Source of the DNA: Lachnospiraceae bacterium
Lineage (GTDB): Bacteria; Bacillota; Clostridia; Lachnospirales; Lachnospiraceae
Direction of reading: 5' to 3'
DNA length: 64,000 nt
Assembly: GCA_045657665.1 (NCBI GenBank)
Contig: JAZOTN010000030.1
Coordinates: 38,364 to 102,363, forward strand
Shown here piece by piece: positions 45,490 to 54,717 of this stretch. The position numbers and the translations under genes are program-made. The first letter of the stretch is position 1. Each line of letters begins with the position of its first letter. The notes beneath the pieces were generated by a model. The model saw nothing but the letters and a program-made list of their open reading frames with translations. It was not told the origin of the DNA and ran no database searches.

Positions 45490-47022
45490 ATGAAAAGAAA
45501 TATTTGTCCAGTTGTTCTGAGTGGGATTTTAGCACTTACATTTTCGGCATGTGGCAGTACGATAACGCAGACTGAGTCTCAGATTTCTACCGAGACGGAA
45601 AAGGCAGCGACGACAGAAAATGATGAAACAATTACGAATACTGAATCAGAGAAATCTGAATCAGAAGAACCGGAATCAGAGGATGCTGACGATCAGAATG
45701 CAGATGTAAGGAAAGAAGTAGAAGAGTTACTTGATTTGAATATTGATGAATATGAAAGCACAGGGCATGTGTGCGGAGGGGTGATTCCTGTTTATAATGA
45801 ATCGAAATGGGGGGCACTAAACTATAACGGGGTAGAGATCATTCCTTGTGAATATGATGGATATATTTGTGGACCTAATAAAGATGGGTATATTGTGATG
45901 TTCAAAGGTGATGAAAATGCGGAATATACACTTTTTGACAATACTGGGAAAACGATATATCAAGGACCGGAGCATATTGTGGCAAGTAATGGATTTTACA
46001 TTATTGCACGTGGAGACGAAGAGAATGGTCAGACCAATACGTTCATAGATTATTATCACTATGATGGAACGCTCGTTACATCTGTCGACACGCAATCGCC
46101 GGGGGATTGGGGTGTTAGTTGGGAACCGCACGGTTTCTATGATGGATTGTCGCTGGTGGAAAGGAATATGGGAAGTGTAGTTTATTCCAGAAGCGATCAG
46201 ACAGCAGTTATGCCATTTGATGTGGGATTTGTGAATGAGGGAGGCAGTGTAGATTGGCATGACGGAGATGGATTCGACGAGACAGATTATTCTGAAGTTA
46301 TGGGGTATGAGGAATATACCAGTCAAGCTACCGCGGCAAACAGTACGAACAGTAATACCGGTCAAGCGTATGGGGCGATGAGTGTTGCAAACGAGTCCAT
46401 ACCGATGAATTCGCTGAATAATGGATATTACCTGGCATATTATGAGTTTTCGGGAGAACGCGTGCTGCGAGATAAGGATCATATCGTCGCGGCTGTTATG
46501 ATGGATATGATTACGTTGCAGGATGATGCGCTCATATATGGTAAGGATAGCGTTTCGGCAGCGGGTAATAGTTTCCCGATATATGGCAGCGACTCTGAAA
46601 CGTACTACGATGAGAATCGCATCCTCGCATACCCGTCGGACGGTGATTGGTATTATAATTATGGATCAAAAATACTGATGTATATCAATGGCAAATATGT
46701 ATTAATGGATCTCCTGTCATCTGAAGAATTAAAATATAATGTTTTTGATTATTGTGAGATGAGCGATGAGAATTATTGGCTTGTACAAAGTGGGGATCGG
46801 TGGGGATATATTGATCACGAAGGAGAAATAAAAGCACTTTTCGAGGACGCCGGAGCCTTTCATAATGGAGTCGCTCCGATAGTTGAAGGTAAGATGGCAT
46901 ATTTGATAGACGAGAATTTTGAGAAGGTTCAGGAACTCGGGGAGGCGGACAGTGTATATTGCGCGGGGGAAATCTTTGTGATTAACAAGGACGGAAATAA
47001 AAGGCTGTTTGCATTGAAATAG
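45490..47022 (+). CDS. WG-repeat (KWG-like) lipoprotein
   Basis: Lipobox LALTFSAC, an acidic linker, and WG-repeat units (KWGALNYNGVEIIPCEYD; RWGYIDHEGEIKALFEDAGAFHNGVAPI). ATG 45490 is preceded by AAGGAGAG. Confidence 0.75.
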   Translation: MKRNICPVVLSGILALTFSACGSTITQTESQISTETEKAATTENDETITNTESEKSESEEPESEDADDQNADVRKEVEELLDLNIDEYESTGHVCGGVIPVYNESKWGALNYNGVEIIPCEYDGYICGPNKDGYIVMFKGDENAEYTLFDNTGKTIYQGPEHIVASNGFYIIARGDEENGQTNTFIDYYHYDGTLVTSVDTQSPGDWGVSWEPHGFYDGLSLVERNMGSVVYSRSDQTAVMPFDVGFVNEGGSVDWHDGDGFDETDYSEVMGYEEYTSQATAANSTNSNTGQAYGAMSVANESIPMNSLNNGYYLAYYEFSGERVLRDKDHIVAAVMMDMITLQDDALIYGKDSVSAAGNSFPIYGSDSETYYDENRILAYPSDGDWYYNYGSKILMYINGKYVLMDLLSSEELKYNVFDYCEMSDENYWLVQSGDRWGYIDHEGEIKALFEDAGAFHNGVAPIVEGKMAYLIDENFEKVQELGEADSVYCAGEIFVINKDGNKRLFALK

Positions 47023-47209
47023 GGATGCAAATATGCTTTCATAGAGCGCCTTGAAAAATACGGAGTTACAGCGAAGAAGCATCACCGCGCTGCATATAAG
47101 AAATCTTTACAGATTCGCTGTGGCAACAACGACATACGACCTATATTAAGAAAAAACTGCTTCTTTCGACACGGGAGGAGCGGCTCGTCGAAAACAGGAT
47201 TTTATATGG

Positions 47210-47551
47210 ATGCATGGCGTGTCCATGTACCTTGGAAAAGAATTGACCATCAAGGCGCTGCTTTGTGCGTATGCATTGCTGAAAAATGGCGGTTATATGA
47301 AGTATGATTATCTGATTATGACGGAATCCATGCGTCGTGTGTTGGCAACGCAAGGGTGGCCGAAGGGTCGCGGGGAGATGGATATTTTTCCGAATGCGCA
47401 GGAGGCGATAGAACGTGCGCGGGAAGTGACGTCGGTTGTGAATGACACCCTGAAAGGGAATGGTTTTTTTGACATTGATGACATTCAGACGACATTGGTC
47501 GAGCCATGGGGCGCAACCAGTGTCAGAGTGACGATGCGGAAGTACGTCTGA
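47210..47551 (+). CDS. Hypothetical small protein (113 aa)
   Basis: ORF with balanced protein-like composition but no recognisable motif. The start is uncertain. Confidence 0.35.
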   Translation: MHGVSMYLGKELTIKALLCAYALLKNGGYMKYDYLIMTESMRRVLATQGWPKGRGEMDIFPNAQEAIERAREVTSVVNDTLKGNGFFDIDDIQTTLVEPWGATSVRVTMRKYV

Positions 47552-47694
47552 GTTCAGGTTTAACCGAATGTCCCAATCATTGATCCAACTGGAAACAGGC
47601 ACATTGAAAACTTCATATTGGAAGGCGCAGAATGTCTTGTCGGAAGACGAGAAACATGGTATCTTATAAGCATATAACATCGAAAGGAGCAGTG

Positions 47695-47988
47695 ATGGAT
47701 CATATAGCCCTTGCAAAACTTTCTTTTAAGAAGAATCGTGAAATGATTACACACTCTGAAATTATCGAATCGGACGGTACGGCAAGGATCAAAGTTTATT
47801 TTGAGAAAATCAACGATGCTGGAGATGATTTCGATTGTATGACGGTTCTATATCCTGACATCAAAGTAATTGAAAACAATGGATATTCTGAGCAGGAGAT
47901 TTCTCAAAGAATAGATGAGTTTCGGAGATGGGGAGAGCTTGCTATGGCTGCAGAAATGGAGCGGATTGAAGAACGATGCCCAGCATAG
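47695..47988 (+). CDS. Hypothetical small protein (97 aa), upstream partner of the DUF4160 gene
   Basis: ATG 47695 has RBS AAAGGAG 5 nt upstream. The 3' end overlaps the DUF4160 start by 13 nt. Confidence 0.45.
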   Translation: MDHIALAKLSFKKNREMITHSEIIESDGTARIKVYFEKINDAGDDFDCMTVLYPDIKVIENNGYSEQEISQRIDEFRRWGELAMAAEMERIEERCPA

Positions 47989-48257
47989 GTGAAATATTCG
48001 GGTATAAGATTTATTTTTACAGCAATGAGAATGATCCACTCGAACCGGTGCATGTTCATATGGGAAAAAACATGTATGATCAGGCTGCAAAAGTGTGGAT
48101 TTGCTCTGACGGCAGTATTGAGATCGCTTATAACCATTCCATTCCGGAACGGCAGATGGAAAAGATTGTAGACGCATTATCAATCATTTCTGAAGACATT
48201 TGCAATACATGGTTCCAATATTTTGACGATATTTCTTACTTTGACAGAACAAAATAA
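47976..48257 (+). CDS. DUF4160-family small protein
   Basis: IFGYKIYFYSNENDPLEPVHVHM is the characteristic DUF4160 N-terminal motif (f.i.iy..dH.PPHfH-like). Confidence 0.65.
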   Translation: MPSIGEIFGYKIYFYSNENDPLEPVHVHMGKNMYDQAAKVWICSDGSIEIAYNHSIPERQMEKIVDALSIISEDICNTWFQYFDDISYFDRTK

Positions 48258-48286
48258 GAGTTAGCAAGTATCAGGATTCAGAGAAG

Positions 48287-48315
48287 GCGCTTTCCATATG
48301 GAGGGCGCTTTTTTG
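48287..48315 (+). terminator. Intrinsic terminator after the small-ORF cassette
   Basis: GCGCTTTCC-ATAT-GGAGGGCGC (two G-U pairs) followed by TTTTTT. Confidence 0.7.
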
Positions 48316-48356
48316 TGTGTTGTTTTGACTCGAAGTGTTGATGGAGGAATAAGGAA

Positions 48357-50057
48357 ATGTTTTGCGGAAAATGCGGGAATCAATTACCGGATGATGCTTT
48401 ATTCTGTACGAAGTGTGGGATAAAGATTAATATCGGGGATCAACAAAATAGAAACACTTCCAACATGAACGGTATGCCTGGAAGAAAGCAGGATCAGAAA
48501 GCAAAGCTATCTCGAATTCTGATTGGTGTTGGGATCGGGGCCGTCGCTGCCGTGGTATTGATCGTGGGGATTGTTGTCGCTGGTGATTTGTTGGGGGCTA
48601 GGGCATCTGACCGTGGAACAGAAGCAAATGGAGCAGCAGACAATAAATTCGTTTCGATTTTCGACAAATCAGGGATAGGCGAGGAACCTTACAACCATGA
48701 GACAAGCAATTTCCGAACTGTGGGAACGCCGATATCAATGTTGAGTTGGGGTTATACTAATTATCCATATCCGAGCGAACCGGGGAGTATAGCTTATTAT
48801 AACGGGTTCACTTATTATGTCGAAGAATTAGTAGACGTGAATGATACTTTGGAAGAGAATCCATCATTGAAAGGATCGAAGATCATGAGGGTTTCCGATG
48901 ATAACACAGAACCGGAGTTGGTGGCAGTTAACGAAGGAGAAGAAGTGCTGGGGTATCTGACGTTTTTTGGGGATCAGCTTTATGCGCTAGGAACGGATGA
49001 TGTATATAATATGTATTCCTCATTGGAGATGTCGCCCTCCGAGGAATCCACATATGAAACAACAAAGGATTATTCGGTATATAAAATCGACACAAAAGGC
49101 GGAAAAATAAACTACCTGACTACGATTGATCATGTTGGAGGAAGCGGGATTGTGTCGGAAGATGAGGAGGGTTATTATTTCCAAACGTCACAACCGGAGG
49201 GGAATGATCGACAGAGAAATGAACTTGTGATTTTTCATGCATCGGACGCTGACGTGGAAAGGGTTGATCTGGGAAGCTGGCGAGACTGGCGTGGCTCGGA
49301 CGTTTCCGAATCAGATGAGGCATATTTTCCCTTGGGAATATATATGGGACGCGCATATTATGCAAGACAGGATGGCGGACAAAAGAATTCGATCATTTCC
49401 TATAATCTTTCCGGAGAAGATGAAAAAACTGTTTTCCATATTGAAGGGATAGACAATTTTTTGTATAACTTTTGCAATTTCCAGTGGCATTTTAGTCAAA
49501 TGTATCCGGGAATGTATGACAAATCGATTGGAGCAAACTGTATTTTTGCAAATGATGGATTATATATTTACACAGAGGGGACTACAACTGGTTCGGGTTA
49601 CATAGAGAATCCCAGTATTGAACGAATAGATCTGAATACAGGGGAGATTACAAAGGCGTGGGAATTAGATACGTCAGATATAACGTCAGATACAGGTTTA
49701 ACGGGGACAAATGGAATGGATGTTTGGAGGAAAACAATCAGCATAGCGGTTGATGGTACGCTTTCCGACAATGATCAGGAGATATACACGATACTCAACA
49801 AGCTTTCTGATGATTCTGATACAGAATCGGGAGAGATAAAACTTCCGAATTATAACGCCGAAATGATCGGATATGGCGGGAATTGGATTTATACGGTTGG
49901 TTTTGATCGGACTTATACGGTTTTTGCTGAAACGCCGCTTGCAGACTTTATAACTGAAGTAAAAAGACAGGAAGATGTCGGTATAGGGTTTTATCGCATC
50001 AACAAAGATACTGGAGAGGCAGACTTTATTCCGATGTACGAAGAACTGACAGATTAA
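48357..50057 (+). CDS. Zinc-ribbon / single-pass membrane protein with a large extracytoplasmic domain (566 aa)
   Basis: N-terminal MFCGKCGNQLPDDALFCTKCG (two CxxC pairs), TM ILIGVGIGAVAAVVLIVGIVVAG, and a ~470-aa Tyr/Gly/Asp-rich ectodomain that may be beta-propeller-like. Confidence 0.75.
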   Translation: MFCGKCGNQLPDDALFCTKCGIKINIGDQQNRNTSNMNGMPGRKQDQKAKLSRILIGVGIGAVAAVVLIVGIVVAGDLLGARASDRGTEANGAADNKFVSIFDKSGIGEEPYNHETSNFRTVGTPISMLSWGYTNYPYPSEPGSIAYYNGFTYYVEELVDVNDTLEENPSLKGSKIMRVSDDNTEPELVAVNEGEEVLGYLTFFGDQLYALGTDDVYNMYSSLEMSPSEESTYETTKDYSVYKIDTKGGKINYLTTIDHVGGSGIVSEDEEGYYFQTSQPEGNDRQRNELVIFHASDADVERVDLGSWRDWRGSDVSESDEAYFPLGIYMGRAYYARQDGGQKNSIISYNLSGEDEKTVFHIEGIDNFLYNFCNFQWHFSQMYPGMYDKSIGANCIFANDGLYIYTEGTTTGSGYIENPSIERIDLNTGEITKAWELDTSDITSDTGLTGTNGMDVWRKTISIAVDGTLSDNDQEIYTILNKLSDDSDTESGEIKLPNYNAEMIGYGGNWIYTVGFDRTYTVFAETPLADFITEVKRQEDVGIGFYRINKDTGEADFIPMYEELTD

Positions 50058-50080
50058 GGGCAGGAGGTATACTAAAGCGG

Positions 50081-50586
50081 ATGTTTTGCGGAAAATGCGG
50101 AAATCAATTACCGGAAGGAGCTCAGTTTTGCACAAAATGCGGGGCAAGGCGACTGAGCGAAAATGTTGACAGCAACCAAATTGAAGAAAAGCATGCGGGC
50201 GGTACTGTGATTGGAACACCAATATGGAAAACAGTAATGATTGGCGTAGCAGAGGGGCTTGCAATTTGTGCCATAATATTACTGATTGTGGTTTTGTTAT
50301 TTACTGGTGTTTGAATTCGCTTTGGTATAAACGGTTCATGGGTTGCACAGATTCTGCATGGACAGATAAGGAGGGAGAGGTTGTTTATTTTGATGATCTG
50401 GTTACGAATTTCTGGTGGAGCCTGATGGATTCCTGTTCTTTAAAGAAAGAAAATGGCACGTATAAACTGTATGTTACACCATTCAACGGCTCGACAATGA
50501 TTTTTGATGTGATGGTTACGGATAAGGATCATGTTTTACTAAAATACGAAGATGGCAATGAAATACATATGGAAAGTGTGAAATGA
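50081..50586 (+). pseudogene. Zinc-ribbon / TM protein gene interrupted by a frameshift near 50300-50315
   Basis: The 50081 frame encodes MFCGKCGNQLPEGAQFCTKCG plus a TM and stops at 50314. A protein-like continuation (NSLWYKRFMGCTDSAWTDKEGEVVYFDD...HMESVK) runs in another frame to 50586. Confidence 0.5.
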
Positions 50587-50598
50587 AAGGAGAGGTTC

Positions 50599-51141
50599 AT
50601 GATGGAGGAAAGGAAAAGCAGAACGAGAATTGGAGTATCCGTAAATTTTCTGGCAATGATTGCCTGGCTAAGTGTAATCGGCGGAGAGTGGATACCGTTC
50701 TTGGTGGCAGGTGCAATATTAGTGTTGGAAAAGGATGGATGGCTGAAAAAGCAGATGATAAAGGTACTTGTTCTGGCAGTGGCTGTCCGAGTCGGTAATT
50801 ATCTTTTGTTCACACATTTGATTGATCTGATTTTCCCACAATGGTATTTGAACGCGGGTGTTTTAATATTAAAGATCATCGTGTATCTTGCGGAGGATGC
50901 ATTGTGGATTGTACTTGCTTTAAGAGCATGGAAGAGGACGCCAAGTTATACTTCGTTGGATCATTTTGCGGAAGGCTGCCTGGAAACAGAATATATCTCG
51001 GGGACCTCGACGGATACAGAGATGACTGGTAGTAAGACCCCGACTGTATCAGTGGCATCTGCAAACGTATGTCCGAATTGCGGAAAACTAATCAGCGATG
51101 AAATGGATTTCTGTGTAAATTGCGGAACAAAGGTAAGATAA
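50599..51141 (+). CDS. Polytopic membrane protein with a C-terminal zinc ribbon (180 aa)
   Basis: About four TM helices, then CPNCGKLISDEMDFCVNCG at the C-terminus. RBS AAAGGAGAGG. Confidence 0.7.
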   Translation: MMEERKSRTRIGVSVNFLAMIAWLSVIGGEWIPFLVAGAILVLEKDGWLKKQMIKVLVLAVAVRVGNYLLFTHLIDLIFPQWYLNAGVLILKIIVYLAEDALWIVLALRAWKRTPSYTSLDHFAEGCLETEYISGTSTDTEMTGSKTPTVSVASANVCPNCGKLISDEMDFCVNCGTKVR

Positions 51142-51198
51142 AAAAATATGCGCACGGAACTGCGGATACCAAAAAGATATTGAGTGAGGGACAAAGGT

Positions 51199-52845
51199 AT
51201 GTTCTGTCATAAATGTGGAAATCAAATCCCGGAGGATGCCCTTTTTTGCCCGAAATGTGGGACAGAGATACTTCGAGTAAGGGGGGACAAGATCGGACAT
51301 CCAAAACAAACGGAATCTGTGTTAGGAGAAACCGAGGATAGAAACGGTGGAAAAGCGTTTTTTTCCATGCCGAGGAAATTGAGAAGACATGAATGGATTC
51401 TTTTAGTAGGGTGTCTGTCTGCGGTAGTTGTTTTTATTATTCTTATAGGGATTGGCATCGACATTATGAAGCAAAGAAGCGGCACTGATGAATCTTTGGT
51501 AGATTCAATGTCTGCATATACGGATTCTGAAGAATTAAACGGCGTGCTGCCACCACTGGCAATGCCCGAAACAAATACACTGGTAGATCCGCAGACAGAA
51601 ACGATTCTACAAGATTCTAAAGATACAATAAGGTCAGAGGAAGAGAATCTTACAGAAAAGACTGCATTTACTATGTACGATCTGAGCTATGTAGAAGATT
51701 TTTCAGAAAAACATGCATGGGTACGATATTGGGATGTTGATAAGCTTTATTGTGCTTTGATGAATGAATCTGGAGAAGCTATTTTTAGCGAATGGGCAGG
51801 ATATGATTGGAGAAGGATGGGGACAATGAAAAATGGGATAACTTGGTATACCTATGATGATGGAACAGATGATCCCCCTTTTGTAATCATAAACTCGCAA
51901 GGGGAAATACTGTTTGATAGTGAGAGAAATGAAGAAGCGGGGGAAGAACTATATCTTGTTGGAGTATCCAATGGGAGATTTGTCGTAGAGAAAAACAAGC
52001 GTAACTTTTCGGAGAATGTAACAACCATTTTTACGATGGATGAAAAAGGAAATGTTATAAATCCTGAAACAAAGATTGAAAATTATGCTTGGGAATGCAG
52101 TGGAACACCGGTTGGAAATGGCCATTTAATTTATATTTATGGCACTGGGGTTTATATCGTATACAATATAGATACGAATGAGCTTATATATATGCCACGA
52201 GATTTTTTTAATAGTATGGCATATGATGAAGGTTTTTTTATATCAAATTTTGGAAAAGTAACATCAGAAGCTGTTTTTGCAAGTCAAGAAACATATGATG
52301 CTTTACTATTTGCGGATGGATACGCATGGGACTTGGGAGAAGCAAATGTGTGGCAGAATAATAACACTGTAGGGGAGGGCTTGTATTATTTTGGTGGAAA
52401 TGGTAATGTCCCGTCGGGCTATTATGATCTGACAGGAAAATGGCAATTTGCACCGATAATCCCAAATGGTGGGAAAATAGTGGAAACATTTGCGTTTTCG
52501 GGAGAATATGCGCCGATTGAGTTAGAAGGAATGGATGGAGAAAAATATATTTCCATTATTGATAAAACAGGAAATTTACAATATGAACCAGTGAAGCAAA
52601 ACGATGTAGATGGACATTGGCATGGATATGTACTTGTCAGTAATAACGGTAAACACAATATCGTATTAACTCCAGATGGCGAATCAAAACAGATAGGATT
52701 AGCAGATCTTTCAGAAATGGGTGACGAAGCATATATTGAAGGGTATTTGAGTGGTGGTTTTTTTATGGATACATACGAGCACGTATATCGTAGTATTGAC
52801 GGGAAAAATACTATACATGAAATAAAAGTGGGACAGATGTACTAA
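51199..52845 (+). CDS. Zinc-ribbon / single-pass membrane protein with a WG-repeat-like ectodomain
   Basis: MFCHKCGNQIPEDALFCPKCG, TM WILLVGCLSAVVVFIILIGIGI, and WG-repeat-like units (FSEKHAWVRYWD..., FSGEYAPIELEG...KYISIIDKTGNLQYEPV). Confidence 0.72.
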   Translation: MFCHKCGNQIPEDALFCPKCGTEILRVRGDKIGHPKQTESVLGETEDRNGGKAFFSMPRKLRRHEWILLVGCLSAVVVFIILIGIGIDIMKQRSGTDESLVDSMSAYTDSEELNGVLPPLAMPETNTLVDPQTETILQDSKDTIRSEEENLTEKTAFTMYDLSYVEDFSEKHAWVRYWDVDKLYCALMNESGEAIFSEWAGYDWRRMGTMKNGITWYTYDDGTDDPPFVIINSQGEILFDSERNEEAGEELYLVGVSNGRFVVEKNKRNFSENVTTIFTMDEKGNVINPETKIENYAWECSGTPVGNGHLIYIYGTGVYIVYNIDTNELIYMPRDFFNSMAYDEGFFISNFGKVTSEAVFASQETYDALLFADGYAWDLGEANVWQNNNTVGEGLYYFGGNGNVPSGYYDLTGKWQFAPIIPNGGKIVETFAFSGEYAPIELEGMDGEKYISIIDKTGNLQYEPVKQNDVDGHWHGYVLVSNNGKHNIVLTPDGESKQIGLADLSEMGDEAYIEGYLSGGFFMDTYEHVYRSIDGKNTIHEIKVGQMY

Positions 52846-52902
52846 AGAACAAGCACCCTTTCTAAATGATGAAAATGCTTTTTTTGATGGAGAAATATAG
52901 AA

Positions 52903-54006
52903 ATGTTCTGCCGTAAATGCGGAAATGAAATCCCGGAAGGCGCTATATTTTGCGTGAAATGTGGGACAAGAATAAATGATGACAACATAGAATCCTATCG
53001 GAAATCCAACATGGGAGTTTGGATTGCGCTGACGGCTTGCATTACTGCGGCGGTGGTTCTTTTGATCGTAATTGCAGCCATTATTATCCGAGGAAATCAA
53101 AGGGAGGATTATGAAATCGTTCATGAATTGGTGGAAATCCCTGAAACGAGAGAGGAAGAGGAGGCTATTAAAGGCGAGACCGAGGAAGCAAGTGAGGCAG
53201 ATCAACCGGAGATTACTTCAGATGAAGAGACTGCTCAAAATGAAAAAATGGATACATCGGAACGCCCGGGGTTTATTCCGCTAAATACCCACTCGAAGAT
53301 TACGGATGTGGAAAAGGTCGTGAATGATATTGATATGGTCTGTGGTCTTGTGGATTCGGGGAAGTATGATGGAATCGGACCGAACAACTATTATAGGGTA
53401 TGGCAAGAGGATGGTGGATATATAGATCGGCTGATAAAGACCGGCCTCGGGACAGGAAATGATTCGGAACTGGATTCTTTGATGGAGAAATACGGGTATA
53501 TCGTCTATCAGATATTGTTCTATTATGATAATGAAGCGAGCGGAATGGATGCAATCTCGGATGGCCCAATAAAAATAGTGGCTGATATAGATGGGAGAAA
53601 CTACCAGTATTATTTCTTTTTCAATAATTTGATCCGAAGAGTGGCGCCGGAGGCGACAACCGATAATCCGGAAACGAATGAGTTCTTGCAGGAGCTGTAC
53701 CGGATTGGTTTTGAAAAACGTTGGGATTATAATGATTCGAATCGCGTAAGCACGGATAATAATACGGAGAATAACACTGAAACGAACACGGCTCTATATA
53801 AGATTGTTGTTTCGGCCTATGATAATTTTGTGAATTTAAGAACCGGACCCGATACGGCTTTTGAGATCTTGACCCCAATCTATAATGGAGTGGTGTTGGA
53901 GATCCAAGACGCTGTGGAGACAGAAAAGGGGTGGTGGATGAAAACTACATTTCAGGGCAAAACAGGATGGATTGCAGCATCACAGGTCACCATACTGCAG
54001 GAATAA
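52903..54006 (+). CDS. Zinc-ribbon / single-pass membrane protein with a C-terminal bacterial SH3 domain
   Basis: MFCRKCGNEIPEGAIFCVKCG, a TM and an acidic linker. The C-terminus VNLRTGPDTAFEILTPIYNGVVLEI...GWWMKTTFQGKTGWIAASQV is SH3_3-like. Confidence 0.72.
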   Translation: MFCRKCGNEIPEGAIFCVKCGTRINDDNIESYRKSNMGVWIALTACITAAVVLLIVIAAIIIRGNQREDYEIVHELVEIPETREEEEAIKGETEEASEADQPEITSDEETAQNEKMDTSERPGFIPLNTHSKITDVEKVVNDIDMVCGLVDSGKYDGIGPNNYYRVWQEDGGYIDRLIKTGLGTGNDSELDSLMEKYGYIVYQILFYYDNEASGMDAISDGPIKIVADIDGRNYQYYFFFNNLIRRVAPEATTDNPETNEFLQELYRIGFEKRWDYNDSNRVSTDNNTENNTETNTALYKIVVSAYDNFVNLRTGPDTAFEILTPIYNGVVLEIQDAVETEKGWWMKTTFQGKTGWIAASQVTILQE

Positions 54007-54164
54007 TATGTTTTTTCACAGAAATCATGGTACATGGGAACAATAAAACCGGATGATTTTAATGAGGATGCTTTTTTAACCAATATGAAAAGGCAAATCG
54101 TGATCTGGTTGTCCGGTATGTAAAGGGAAATTACTAAAAAAAGAAAATGGGAGGAACTCAAAAA

Positions 54165-54689
54165 ATGGATAATGAAAAAGTTGTTGACATTCGTCCAGAA
54201 GGTGGAATACGTTTTAATGGGTTTGCTGCTACACTGCAAATCATTGGCGGAGTATTATGGTTAGGAGGATTAATCCTCGGCATCGTGACGGGGTTAGGTC
54301 TTGGCAATGTGTTTAACTACTTTGGAGGGTCTTCTTTTTCATGGGGATCAGCTCTTACGATATGGGTTGCTGCATTCGTAGCAGGGCTGGTTCCATTTTG
54401 CTTTGCGGAAATTATCAGTCTTTTGCAGAAGATCGCAACACAGCATTATCGTGTGGGTGAAGAGGTACAACTACGGGAGACTGTGGCGAAGGAAGCAGAA
54501 AAAGCACAAATGCCGGAGAACACGGAAGCAAAAAAGGTACAAGTACCCACACAGCCTGTTGTAACGGAAATAACGAAGAGTGAAAAGACAAAAGAAGAAT
54601 CTCCATACCTGTTTTGCCCAAAATGCGGGAAGAAGGTGGAGCAACAGAATTCCATTTTCTGTGCTGGGTGTGGAACAAGACTGGAGTAG
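54165..54689 (+). CDS. Membrane protein (2-3 TM) with a C-terminal zinc ribbon
   Basis: TM segments, a charged linker, then FCPKCGKKVEQQNSIFCAGCG. ATG 54165 is 8 nt after GGGAGGA; 54147 is the alternative start. Confidence 0.68.
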   Translation: MDNEKVVDIRPEGGIRFNGFAATLQIIGGVLWLGGLILGIVTGLGLGNVFNYFGGSSFSWGSALTIWVAAFVAGLVPFCFAEIISLLQKIATQHYRVGEEVQLRETVAKEAEKAQMPENTEAKKVQVPTQPVVTEITKSEKTKEESPYLFCPKCGKKVEQQNSIFCAGCGTRLE

Positions 54690-54717
54690 ATGCTCCGTAA
54701 AGCAGAGGCGATAGAAG

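Noticed and set aside
47141-47716. 191-aa minus-strand ORF across the small-ORF cassette
   Set aside because: It has Cys/His/Arg-rich irregular composition and no RBS. It overlaps two plus-strand ORFs that have better start signals.
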